DNA from: a virus
Lineage: Duplodnaviria; Caudoviricetes
DNA length: 36,380 bases
Direction: 5' to 3' (one strand)
Virus record (IMG/VR): IMGVR_UViG_3300028396_000020
Span: 1 to 36,380 of that record
The position numbers were made by a program, and so were the translations under genes. Below are positions 1-8,521 of the stretch, piece after piece; position 1 is the first letter of the stretch, and each line of letters starts with the position of its first letter. The notes under the pieces were generated by a model. The model had not been told where the DNA came from. It made no database searches and was given only the letters and a program-made list of their open reading frames with translations.

Positions 1-34
1 TAGAAACTGTATTCTATTACTTTGTTCTGCCATT

Positions 35-706
35 TTATAGCTTGCTTAACATTTTATCTAACTTATTGATTACCGTTCCATAGGTGTAATCATCGTAATC
101 ATTTAAATAACGGGTGAAGGCTCTTTGCAAAGCCCCATTAAGTCCATTCTTCCCTTTAAGGAAACCTAACCAACCCGTTTCTCTAACTCCAACTGAACTA
201 ATCTTTTTTGTAACGTGGTATGATATGTTCCAAGCAGCATAGGATGTCATCTCGCCTCCACTTATGTTACCCCCTCTATAGAACCACTGACCTGTAGGGT
301 ATCTATTCGCCTTGGCTAATACCCATCTGTATATATCGTTCTGATTAACCACATCTGGCTTACCACCTTTATCAAGGGTATCACCATACTCTGCCATATC
401 AATGCGAACAGAAACCTGTTCAATACCGATACCCAAACCTAAATAAGCATCAACCTTTATCTTTGAGGTAATGTTTTTCCCCCAAATCTTTTGACCGTCT
501 GTATTAGGCTTTATACTTTTCTCAAGTTTACCAGTAGCCTTATGAATATATGGGTTGCCGTCTATGGCAGTACCCGTAAGATTCATTTTTAATTTCTTTA
601 TAACCTTTGCTTTTGCAAGCTCCTGTTGTATGTAAAAACGCAAAGACCCTTGCTGCTGTTGTTTAGCGGCACGGGGGTTTTTCATTCTATTTACATTAAC
701 AGCCAT
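35..706 (-). CDS. Putative neck/tail-completion structural protein (allele A)
   Basis: Basic 223-aa ORF in the late operon, immediately upstream of the tape measure start once the genome is circularised. Function inferred from position. Confidence 0.5.
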   Translation of the reverse strand: MAVNVNRMKNPRAAKQQQQGSLRFYIQQELAKAKVIKKLKMNLTGTAIDGNPYIHKATGKLEKSIKPNTDGQKIWGKNITSKIKVDAYLGLGIGIEQVSVRIDMAEYGDTLDKGGKPDVVNQNDIYRWVLAKANRYPTGQWFYRGGNISGGEMTSYAAWNISYHVTKKISSVGVRETGWLGFLKGKNGLNGALQRAFTRYLNDYDDYTYGTVINKLDKMLSKL

Positions 707-1146
707 TAAATGTCAATGCCTCTCAAGTACGGGTTTCTTCCTACAACGAATGTCGCATTACTAACTGAAGCTGTTATGTTGTAGTCTTCTGAAGAGAAGC
801 CTCTCATACTAACTTCTTGGAAGCTTTGCTCACCATCAAGGTTTTGTATGAAGTAATCTTGTAACTGACCCATCACGAATAAATTCTCTTGATTAGAGTT
901 TATAAGTGACAAAGGTTGGTCTACAGCTACCTTGTCTACAATCACTATATTGAAGTTAACATCGTATATAGGATTGCCGCCATCTCTTGAGATGTTAGCA
1001 TCCTCTAATGCGATGAACAATCCTCTATGATTGATTTGTATATTCTCTAAATCGTCTAATGAGTTGAGCAGCTTAAATTCGCTAACCATAGAATGATTAG
1101 TTCCAAATTGCTCAAACAACTCGTATATAGTGGTTAAATCGTTCAC
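706..1146 (-). CDS. Putative tail terminator-like protein
   Basis: Acidic 146-aa ORF with GTG start and alternating beta-strand pattern (YDVNFNIVIVDK). Lies in the tail module and overlaps the next gene by TAATG. Confidence 0.5.
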   Translation of the reverse strand: MNDLTTIYELFEQFGTNHSMVSEFKLLNSLDDLENIQINHRGLFIALEDANISRDGGNPIYDVNFNIVIVDKVAVDQPLSLINSNQENLFVMGQLQDYFIQNLDGEQSFQEVSMRGFSSEDYNITASVSNATFVVGRNPYLRGIDI

Positions 1147-1158
1147 AGCGGTCTTTTC

Positions 1159-1169
1159 TTAATTTACAA
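1159..1169 (-). promoter_or_regulatory. Candidate late promoter TTGTAAATTAA
   Basis: Exact motif 12 nt upstream of the 1146 start; one of six exact unique copies. Confidence 0.65.
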
Positions 1170-1874
1170 TTTACGGAGTGCCTCTGATTGTCTTCTGTTC
1201 GCATCATCTATCTTATTCTTCTGCGCGAGGTATGACATTTCGGGTAGCACGCTTCCCATAGGGAGCATATATATCTCTGCATACCTTCTGATATCTTCTT
1301 GTGCTAACATTCGCACTATAGAGTACCAATACCACTGACTTTGAAAAAGCATCTCCGAAGTCTTCTCTCCTTGCTCTTCTTCCTCTTGCTCTTCGTCATC
1401 TTCTTTTAAATCGTAGAATACCCCTGCAAAGTCCTTGAACAATACCTTGTTTCTGTCCTCCAAGAATAGATTCATAGCACCATAGAGGTCTAAAGTTTCT
1501 GTATTTAGTATTTTATACTCATTGTTTTTCTCATCCTCTGGATTTTCGTTATCAAAAGCGGTGTGGTGTTTAGGACGTAGTATTAGTTTGAATATCTCTA
1601 AATCTATTTGATACTCTTGCAAACTTGTTTTACCTGTGATTATCTGCTCAATCATTATAAACTGTCCTAATACAAGGTCGTTTATGGAAGTGCATATGCT
1701 AAACCTGTCTTTCATTTCTTGCGAAATAGTATTTTTAGGCTTCAAAGGATAATCCTCTTTTATAGAACGAGATACTTTAAGCTTCTCTACGCCTCTAAAA
1801 TTATCCAAGAATGCTATGATGTCATCGGATTTCTTTAGATGCTTTATAAGCTCTATATGGTTCTTAAAATCCAT
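1164..1874 (-). CDS. Putative tail assembly chaperone
   Basis: Start reassigned to ATG 1874 (TAATG overlap with the terL stop). The DLVLGQFIMIE motif, acidic linker and WYWYSIVRMLA...YMLP tail resemble chaperones of Bacteroidota phages. Confidence 0.45.
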   Translation of the reverse strand: MDFKNHIELIKHLKKSDDIIAFLDNFRGVEKLKVSRSIKEDYPLKPKNTISQEMKDRFSICTSINDLVLGQFIMIEQIITGKTSLQEYQIDLEIFKLILRPKHHTAFDNENPEDEKNNEYKILNTETLDLYGAMNLFLEDRNKVLFKDFAGVFYDLKEDDEEQEEEEQGEKTSEMLFQSQWYWYSIVRMLAQEDIRRYAEIYMLPMGSVLPEMSYLAQKNKIDDANRRQSEALRKL

Positions 1875-3124
1875 TACAAAAACATTGTTATACCTCCGTC
1901 CTGCTCTTCGGTAGCGCAATAAGCGGCAATAGCTAAACTCATTACACAGTCATCGTGCTTACCATCGGTGTTAGAGAACTGCAAGTTTCCTGTTATTGGG
2001 TTTCTCTTACTCTTGTAATCGTACAATTCTTTTACCAATACATCGTATTCTGGTATTTTAATCTTACCATCCTCAAACAGCTTAATTAAATTCCTTATAA
2101 TCTCTGGCTTACTCTTACTTGTGGTCTGAAAGGGTATAAGTTTATACATCCTATCGTCATCCGTAATCTCATCAAAGAGTAAATCGTTGTTATTGACTTC
2201 AAAGTATGCCGCTGCGAGGTTATCAAAGTGTTTAAGGTAAAAGTCCTTAATGCGTTGTTTAAAATCCGTAGAGTCCATACCCTGTTCCTTGAAGTTGAAC
2301 CTATCAACATCTATAACCTCGTAGTCTTGAGTCATCGCAGTAAGCACAGTATAATCCTGCGCCACACCAATATCCATTCCTATGTAAAGTCTATCGTACT
2401 GCTCTGTCACCTTCTTAACAACAGCTTCCTCAATATTGGAGAATAACGCATCAGCACTCACAGGTCTACATAGAAACTCTTGGTCAAACTGTGCTTTAGT
2501 CATAGACTTCCTAATCCCTAACACTGTTTCCTCCACCTTTTGGTCATTTAAGTCAAGGTATGTTCTTTTGATGCTCTTTATCTGTCCCCAGTCCTCTTCC
2601 TGTAATCCCCTTTGATACCAGTCCCAATACCAGTTCTTACCGTTAAAAGTAGAAGACATTACTACCCTTCCGTTAGTCCTTGTAACCATAGGCAACAACA
2701 CCTCATTGATAAATGCCTCTTTGATAAAAGCACCCTCATCAATATAGATAAAATCCAATGTAGCACCACGAAGGTTATCCCCCGCTTCAGAGGAACGGAA
2801 CTTAATAAAACTACCGTTGTAGAAGTATATCTCATTGTGCTTCCTATCAAACCTTGTTATAATCTGACTAAACAAATCTTGGTGGTTACTAAACATACTC
2901 TCTATGTCCTTCATCACCTTATTGGCTTGGTCCTGTATAGGCGATACCCAGAACATCCTATGCTTATTGTTATTCAATGCCCGCATTACAGCATCGTTCA
3001 TCATCGCATAGGTCTTACCTGTCTGCCTACCCATAGCCGCTAATGTAATAAAAGGCTTATCCTCATAGATGATATTTAAGAAGTCCTTTTGAGGTTGTGT
3101 AGGGTTGTATAGCTTAATCTCCAT
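1874..3124 (-). CDS. terL: Terminase large subunit
   Basis: Walker A GRQTGKT, Walker B FIYIDE, motif III SST, nuclease motifs GMDIG..DYT and HDDCVMSLA. Confidence 0.96.
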   Translation of the reverse strand: MEIKLYNPTQPQKDFLNIIYEDKPFITLAAMGRQTGKTYAMMNDAVMRALNNNKHRMFWVSPIQDQANKVMKDIESMFSNHQDLFSQIITRFDRKHNEIYFYNGSFIKFRSSEAGDNLRGATLDFIYIDEGAFIKEAFINEVLLPMVTRTNGRVVMSSTFNGKNWYWDWYQRGLQEEDWGQIKSIKRTYLDLNDQKVEETVLGIRKSMTKAQFDQEFLCRPVSADALFSNIEEAVVKKVTEQYDRLYIGMDIGVAQDYTVLTAMTQDYEVIDVDRFNFKEQGMDSTDFKQRIKDFYLKHFDNLAAAYFEVNNNDLLFDEITDDDRMYKLIPFQTTSKSKPEIIRNLIKLFEDGKIKIPEYDVLVKELYDYKSKRNPITGNLQFSNTDGKHDDCVMSLAIAAYCATEEQDGGITMFL

Positions 3125-3573
3125 TAAATATCAATATAGTCCATATCATCATCTTCACTACTCGCCGTAAGGTCAATAGTAGCCTTGACATCTATCTTGG
3201 TCTGATGCACCTTCGTAGGTGCTTTATACCCTTGCATATCGTTGAGAATCTTTATAGCTTCCATAGCAGCTTTATCATCTCCCGCACGCAGTGCTTTGTC
3301 TCTGATATTAATCAAAGCCCTAATGTTAGAACCCTTGGCTGCTTCTATCTGCATACCCTCTGATGCTACTATCTTCATAAGCTCATTATAGAACGCTGTG
3401 CCGATAGTTCTCCTGTCTCGGTAGTAGTTCGTATACTTCATCTCGGTAGCTATCTTTGCAGCCTCCTCAAAGCCATACTTCTTTACCTTATCAATAAACT
3501 CACCCTGCATATCGGTAAGCTCTGAACCAAGCCCCCTAACTACATTACCATTACCATCTCTAACACTTGCCAT
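3124..3573 (-). CDS. Putative terminase small subunit
   Basis: 149-aa helical ORF translationally coupled directly upstream of terL. Confidence 0.6.
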   Translation of the reverse strand: MASVRDGNGNVVRGLGSELTDMQGEFIDKVKKYGFEEAAKIATEMKYTNYYRDRRTIGTAFYNELMKIVASEGMQIEAAKGSNIRALINIRDKALRAGDDKAAMEAIKILNDMQGYKAPTKVHQTKIDVKATIDLTASSEDDDMDYIDI

Positions 3574-3854
3574 TACTTCACAACTTTGTATAAGGGTATG
3601 TTATGTGCGCCCAACCTTCCCATAAACTCCAACTCACTATAGGTTGGTGCTGTCTCATCACTATGATACCATTTCCAAATAGAAGTCTTCACCCTCTGGA
3701 TGCAACTGCCACAAGCCGTCTTTGGATTCTCCTGCTTACTAAAATACTTGCTCTTACCCACCATAGAATTATAGAAGCTAAACATCTCCTTCTTTATATC
3801 ATTCTTGGGTAGACCACCACCTGCTAAAGCTAACATCAATTCTTTCTGTGTCAT
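3573..3854 (-). CDS. Hypothetical protein with CxxC (TACGSC)
   Basis: First late-operon gene; the likely start is ATG 3854 (MTQKELM) rather than TTG 3884. Confidence 0.7.
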   Translation of the reverse strand: MTQKELMLALAGGGLPKNDIKKEMFSFYNSMVGKSKYFSKQENPKTACGSCIQRVKTSIWKWYHSDETAPTYSELEFMGRLGAHNIPLYKVVK

Positions 3855-3873
3855 AACAATCTTATCGTTTACA

Positions 3874-3884
3874 CTAATATACAA
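3874..3884 (-). promoter_or_regulatory. Candidate late promoter variant TTGTATATTAG
   Basis: 9/11 match to TTGTAAATTAA at the head of the late operon. Confidence 0.4.
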
Positions 3885-3930
3885 TTAGTGAATGATATTT
3901 CAATTCATTAAGCATATTATTTTCTCACGC

Positions 3931-4014
3931 GTAGTATACTAATATATTACTTGTATATATTACTAATATATTAGTAGACCTCTAATAAAGAGGTCTACTA
4001 TATTAGTATACTAC
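3931..4014. repeat. AT-rich nested inverted repeats (origin or pac candidate)
   Basis: GTAGTATACTAATATA 3931-3946 pairs with 3999-4014; palindrome TACTAATATATTAGTA 3961-3976; 12-bp hairpin 3972-4000. Confidence 0.85.
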
Positions 4015-4421
4015 TACATATACCCATAGGATATAATGCTACCCTATGTATTGGCATAGATGTATTTCCCTTCAGCAATGGCTAATGCCTATAGCTCTTT
4101 TAAGGGTGTTTAGAAGATGTTTAAGAGCATTTCTGTATGAAGTGATACCAATGTATAGTAGAAGGTGTTTAAGTCTGTTAGAGGGGATGTAATAGATGTG
4201 AGCATATAGCAACTCCCCGCCCCCCATTTTCCCCGCAGGGAGTTAGGTGTAAGTATATACTTCCCCTTCCCTTGTCGGTCAGTCCTACCCGTACCCTTTT
4301 AATACCCCTTGAACGATTGAAACCCTCTTTTTGCGCCCCGTATTGCGTAAAGGTTGGCGGGGGGCGTAACCTCTGGCCGTTATAGCCCTATTAACTTTCC
4401 CCCTTATTAACTACAGCGCAT

Positions 4422-4450
4422 AAAAAAAGGCCGCACATTGTGCAGCCCTT
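4422..4450 (-). terminator. Rho-independent terminator of the leftward early operon
   Basis: Minus strand reads AAGGGCTGCAC-AAT-GTGCGGCC-TTTTTTT, just after the 4471 stop. Confidence 0.85.
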
Positions 4451-4470
4451 TAGTAGTTCCTCTTCTGGTT

Positions 4471-4656
4471 TTATATCCAGTTAAGCAGTCGTTTAACTTT
4501 GCTTTTATCCTCGTTGAAAATATACGTTTTTCCGTCTTTTAAGCTGCTGTAATTGTTCAGCGTTGGCAGGTATACGCGTGCCCCTGCTTTGATATAGTGC
4601 CGCCCTTTTGGGGACGTTTGCACCTTTGCCGCCTTTGTTGTGAGTGCATCAAACAT
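4471..4656 (-). CDS. Hypothetical early protein
   Basis: 61-aa ORF overlapping the upstream gene and followed by a terminator. Confidence 0.7.
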   Translation of the reverse strand: MFDALTTKAAKVQTSPKGRHYIKAGARVYLPTLNNYSSLKDGKTYIFNEDKSKVKRLLNWI

Positions 4657-5083
4657 ATAAACAAAGATTTTTGAGCTGTGTACCTGTGAGGGCTTCCACT
4701 GCTTCGCCTATTGTGGTCGCTTTAGGTGTTGATACATTGCCTAAACTTATAAGCGTTTTGTATTGCTTACGATAAAAATATGCTTTGTTCATCTCTGGCG
4801 CGTATTGGTGGCGTTCCAGTTTAATATCTATGTTTTCAGACTCTAACACGTTGTTTATATCGCTCCGCCTTTCCAGATATTCGGCCCGTGTTAATAAGCT
4901 GCGCAAATGGTCAAAAGTTTCAACGGCTTCAATACTTACCCGCTCCCAATCTTCGGGCGGTGTTTCGTTATACTTACTTTTTAAGTCTTGGTAAGCTTGT
5001 AAGCTATGGCGGCCCAATGTTAAAAGGTTGTTTTTATACGCCTCTTTTAAATTGTTTAGGGTTATTTGTTTTTTGTTTTTCAT
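4649..5083 (-). CDS. Hypothetical early protein
   Basis: 144-aa ORF in a tightly packed cluster. Confidence 0.75.
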   Translation of the reverse strand: MKNKKQITLNNLKEAYKNNLLTLGRHSLQAYQDLKSKYNETPPEDWERVSIEAVETFDHLRSLLTRAEYLERRSDINNVLESENIDIKLERHQYAPEMNKAYFYRKQYKTLISLGNVSTPKATTIGEAVEALTGTQLKNLCLYV

Positions 5084-5087
5084 CGTT

Positions 5088-5366
5088 TCAAAAGTTTAGT
5101 TTAAATACTGCGATTAAGTGCGGCTCTTCTGTTTCTTCCTCTTCTTGCAAATAGGTTGCAACGTCTTGAAGTGCTTCGTCTTCGCTCCAACTGGTAAGCA
5201 GGTGCAACCTTGCAAAATTACCCGCTTCCTCCGCGACTAAATAAGGCTCTGCGCTGTCTTGCTTGATTTCATACAGCGATTCACTGCAGTGTATAACGTG
5301 CGGGCGTTCGTGGCCTAATTTCGTCTCAATGTATAGGCTGCCGTCAAAATTTGCTTTTAGTTTCAT
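5088..5366 (-). CDS. Hypothetical acidic early protein
   Basis: 92-aa E/D-rich ORF. Confidence 0.7.
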   Translation of the reverse strand: MKLKANFDGSLYIETKLGHERPHVIHCSESLYEIKQDSAEPYLVAEEAGNFARLHLLTSWSEDEALQDVATYLQEEEETEEPHLIAVFKLNF

Positions 5367-5368
5367 TT

Positions 5369-5782
5369 TTACCCGTGTTGAGTTATTGTTTTTACTGCTT
5401 TGGCTCCCGATATATATTGCCCCACTGCGTTTAGTGCTTCTTCTATTGTTCGCATTCCTACGCCACCGCTTATACGCTCGTTAAACTCAAAACCTAAATT
5501 TGCGAGGGCTTCAGCCACTGCGCTTGATTCCTTGCAATATCCGCCACTATTTGCAGGGCTTTTCCCGCTTGAGCTGTCGTGGGTCATTGAGTGCAGCCAG
5601 ACGCACGCTGTACAGGTTCCGCCCTTTGTCCAGTAGATGCGGGTTGTTATTAACTCGCGAATTTCACCGCCTTGAATGCCCAATGTAGTTAGACCCTTTG
5701 AAAAGTGTTTCTCTTTTCGGTGGCTTGTTTTTATTGTTATCTGTGTGGCTTGGTGCTTTTTAGATACTTTGATTGTTTCCAT
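5369..5782 (-). CDS. Hypothetical early protein
   Basis: 137-aa ORF with TAAACAAATG start context and a GGYCKESSAV motif. Confidence 0.75.
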   Translation of the reverse strand: METIKVSKKHQATQITIKTSHRKEKHFSKGLTTLGIQGGEIRELITTRIYWTKGGTCTACVWLHSMTHDSSSGKSPANSGGYCKESSAVAEALANLGFEFNERISGGVGMRTIEEALNAVGQYISGAKAVKTITQHG

Positions 5783-5791
5783 TTGTTTAAA

Positions 5792-5908
5792 TTATTTCAC
5801 AAGGGCTGCAGCCGCTGTAGTTAGTAAAATTAATAATACAAGGGCTTCAATTGTGCCGCTGTTGTCATCGTTGAACCTTTCAAGGGTTTTGTAAATTGCT
5901 TTTTTCAT
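5792..5908 (-). CDS. Small single-TM peptide (38 aa, not in ORF track)
   Basis: MKKAIYKTLERFNDDNSGTIEALVLLILLTTAAAALVK; ATGA overlap with the upstream gene and fills the gap exactly. Confidence 0.65.
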   Translation of the reverse strand: MKKAIYKTLERFNDDNSGTIEALVLLILLTTAAAALVK

Positions 5909-6204
5909 TTTGTTGCTTCTAAAATTGTCAACGCTTCGCGCTGGTTTTTTAAATCTCTTTCTAAATCGTATAAATCAAGGGTCGTATACTTATCCGCTTG
6001 AAAATAGGCAAAGTGGTTAGAGGTTGTTAACTGGCGCGCGATTGTTTCGGTCGCGTGTTCAGTGTGTTCAATTCCTCTTTTAATTGAGTTAATGCGCTTT
6101 CTGCGCGTTGGGTATTCTTCAACGCTTTCAAGGTGTTGCGCTGTTGTATAAATCTCAACTTTTTCTACTGGGCTATACTGGCCAAATCCTAAATACTTTC
6201 TCAT
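5905..6204 (-). CDS. Hypothetical early protein
   Basis: 99-aa ORF with CTTAAACAATG start context. Confidence 0.75.
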   Translation of the reverse strand: MRKYLGFGQYSPVEKVEIYTTAQHLESVEEYPTRRKRINSIKRGIEHTEHATETIARQLTTSNHFAYFQADKYTTLDLYDLERDLKNQREALTILEATK

Positions 6205-6241
6205 TGTTTAAGGTATTGTGCCCCCTTGCGGGGGCTGGTTA

Positions 6242-6541
6242 TTATTTATTTTCTAAAGTTATGTTTTCAAAAAGGACTTTTTCCGTTACTTTCTTTCCAA
6301 ACATATTATATGTGTATAGGCTCATAGCTTTCCCCGTTATTTTTTCAACGTTCATTGACTCGCCCCACTTGCCTACCGAAGATATTATATATTCATCGTT
6401 TCCTATTTTTTCATCTGCTTCAATATAGCTAACGTGAAACTCAAACTTTGAACCTTTAATATAAAAGTTTAGTTTCTGGTTTGTTTTGCTTGCTGCTGCG
6501 ATTGTTTCCAATGCTTCAAAGATTTGTTTTGCGTTTTCCAT
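6242..6541 (-). CDS. Hypothetical early protein
   Basis: 99-aa ORF, first of the leftward cluster, with CTTAAAACAAATG start context. Confidence 0.75.
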   Translation of the reverse strand: MENAKQIFEALETIAAASKTNQKLNFYIKGSKFEFHVSYIEADEKIGNDEYIISSVGKWGESMNVEKITGKAMSLYTYNMFGKKVTEKVLFENITLENK

Positions 6542-7278
6542 TTGTTTTAAGTTTGCGCCCCTTTTCGGTGGCTGGTTTCTATACCTCTATTATACGACAA
6601 TTTGCCCAATAAAAAAGCAGTCCTTTATATATAAGCATAGATAAACAGGTGCTAAAGCATTGTTTTTCAGTGAGTTACAACAAATTTACACCTTTTTAAA
6701 GATTGAGTAAAAACACTTACTTTTTATTTGGTGGCTGGTACTTTTTACCTATTGAATTATTGCAAATAATAGCAAAATTGAGTATAAAAAAGATTGTTTT
6801 AAATTTGGTGGTTACAAACTCGGATAAAGACCCATTTTGACCTTTAATGTTAAGCCGCGCTATGACTGGGCTGAAGGTCATTTTCATTTATGCACTACCC
6901 TTTTATCAATTTTCACAAAATAGAACCCCTATAAACACTGGGCTAAAGGGCTGTTTTTCTTAAAGCATTAAAGGACTTTTTGGGCCTTACTTTTTGGGGT
7001 TTATTGGATTCAGACCCTCAACTTTTGCCCAAATTTTGGCGAGTGTCTCACTTGAGACGGGCCACGATTTCGGGAAAAATCGCAAAATCAAGGTCAAACC
7101 GTTACACGCGGTTGGGCGGATAAAAGGTACTCGTTTTACTTGGAAACGCGAACTCGTCAAAAAATTGGGGACTTTTTCTGTAACGGAAATCCCTGTGGAA
7201 TTGGGGCTTCCAGAATTAATGTAAAAGTTTTTTCAGTATTTATTTTGTATAAATTAGGATATTAACAAATATGTTCAT

Positions 7279-7286
7279 TACATTTG
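7279..7286 (+). promoter_or_regulatory. Bacteroidota sigma-A type -7 element TACATTTG
   Basis: Matches the TAnnTTTG consensus 30 nt upstream of the first rightward gene; TTAG lies about 21 nt upstream as a weak -33. Confidence 0.6.
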
Positions 7287-7315
7287 AAGTGTTCAATCAC
7301 TAAAACCAAAATGAT

Positions 7316-7480
7316 ATGAGAACTAAAGAGAAAGGCGCGGCATCAATTAGAATTGATTTAAGAGGTGCAACCATTACCGTGTATCACGGAAGTACCAACG
7401 AGGTCTTAAAGACCTTTACAGCTTACGAGGGAGCGTGGGAGAGTATCTGGGAAGGAATTAATAATGCTAAAGAGTTATAA
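7316..7480 (+). CDS. Hypothetical protein (54 aa, not in ORF track)
   Basis: MRTKEKGAASIRIDLRG...NNAKEL; ends 1 nt before the next ATG. Confidence 0.65.
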   Translation: MRTKEKGAASIRIDLRGATITVYHGSTNEVLKTFTAYEGAWESIWEGINNAKEL

Positions 7481-7481
7481 A

Positions 7482-7790
7482 ATGAGCAATTCAATCTATC
7501 AAGAAGGAGACAACACCGTTGTCCTTACAGACAAAGAATCATTATCGCGTATCGTGAGTGAATTAAAATCCACAGGAGTAATCTTCGGTGGTGAGTTCAC
7601 AAAGAAGGACGGAACAGTGAGTAAGTTTAATGGGAGGTTTGGTGTAGCCAAGCACGTTAAAGGAGGAGTGAACTGCAACAAGGCAGAAAATTGGACTATC
7701 TATGATATCAACCGTAAGCGTTATATGCAGATAATTCCAGACTCTGTTAAGCAGCTTAAAGCCTTTGGTCTAATCCGTAAGTTAGTTTGA
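7482..7790 (+). CDS. Sm-like/SH3 beta-barrel (WYL_2/DUF2693-like) protein
   Basis: FTKKDGTVSKFNGRFGV...IYDINRKRYMQI pattern. Confidence 0.55.
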   Translation: MSNSIYQEGDNTVVLTDKESLSRIVSELKSTGVIFGGEFTKKDGTVSKFNGRFGVAKHVKGGVNCNKAENWTIYDINRKRYMQIIPDSVKQLKAFGLIRKLV

Positions 7791-7791
7791 T

Positions 7792-8013
7792 ATGTGGACA
7801 GTAGAAGAATTTAAAAAGGTTCTAAAGTCTTGGAGGCGCAACGATGGACGTGGCGTTGTGAGCAAGGTAGATATAGCCATTGTATGCGCTTGGAACTACG
7901 ATAAGGTAGACGATAATCTATTTGCAGATATACTCGGTTACTACCTGTTAGATACAGATGCAGAGGGCGTTAAAGATTTTATTCAACAAACATTATATAA
8001 AGATGAGCGATAG
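7792..8013 (+). CDS. Hypothetical protein
   Basis: 73-aa ORF in the operon. Confidence 0.7.
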   Translation: MWTVEEFKKVLKSWRRNDGRGVVSKVDIAIVCAWNYDKVDDNLFADILGYYLLDTDAEGVKDFIQQTLYKDER

Positions 8014-8218
8014 AAGTTATTATGAAGTAGAGACAGCCGACATTTATGTAGAGGCTACCATCAAGGTAAAAATTAATATGAATGAGAGAACCAGTGTTCC
8101 ATTGAAAGACCTCGTCATAGATTACGTTTGGGACGGAGAGTTTACAGATGTTGAAGTTAAGAGCATTGACTTTGAAGAGTATACCAACGTACAGAAAGAG
8201 ATAGAAGAAATCGGATAG
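8003..8218 (+). CDS. Hypothetical acidic protein
   Basis: Likely start ATG 8003 (MSDRSYY); D/E-rich. Confidence 0.7.
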   Translation: MSDRSYYEVETADIYVEATIKVKINMNERTSVPLKDLVIDYVWDGEFTDVEVKSIDFEEYTNVQKEIEEIG

Positions 8219-8521
8219 ATGTCAGATAACCTACACAGATTATTATTTGCTAACGACCTTAAAGAGTTGGGCTATATCATTAACGAGTTTATTGAGATAG
8301 CTAAACTCTTGGAGGACAGCAGAGAGGTAGCCAAGTTGATTGGTTCATTAGATAGGTTCTATTACGCTTATGAAAGCCGCATAACGGAAATCTCTGAATT
8401 ATTGGGGAAGATAGACAAAGCGAGAGAGAAACACAGAATGGTTATCGCACAGCGTGAGGACTATAAAACAGAAGTAGAAAGATTAACCAACATATTAAAG
8501 CGTTATGAGAGTGATTTATGA
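8219..8521 (+). CDS. Hypothetical coiled-coil protein
   Basis: 100-aa helical ORF. Confidence 0.7.
   Translation: MSDNLHRLLFANDLKELGYIINEFIEIAKLLEDSREVAKLIGSLDRFYYAYESRITEISELLGKIDKAREKHRMVIAQREDYKTEVERLTNILKRYESDL

Larger units (their letters stand above)
1..1326. repeat. Left copy of imperfect terminal direct repeat
   Basis: 1-1326 is collinear with 35055-36380 (both begin tagaaactgt and end gagtac). Ends are near-identical; many substitutions fall between about 130 and 700. Confidence 0.97.

Noticed and set aside
35-706. Diversity-generating retroelement TR/VR pair explaining the diverged repeat
   Set aside because: Differences are not confined to adenines, many are synonymous, and no reverse transcriptase is encoded.
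5889-5899. Partial late-promoter match TTGTAAATTGC
   Set aside because: Two mismatches and antisense to the local early genes.
6994-7224. 76-aa ORF in the divergent intergenic region
   Set aside because: TTG start, lies upstream of the candidate promoter, and has no recognisable features; probably non-coding.
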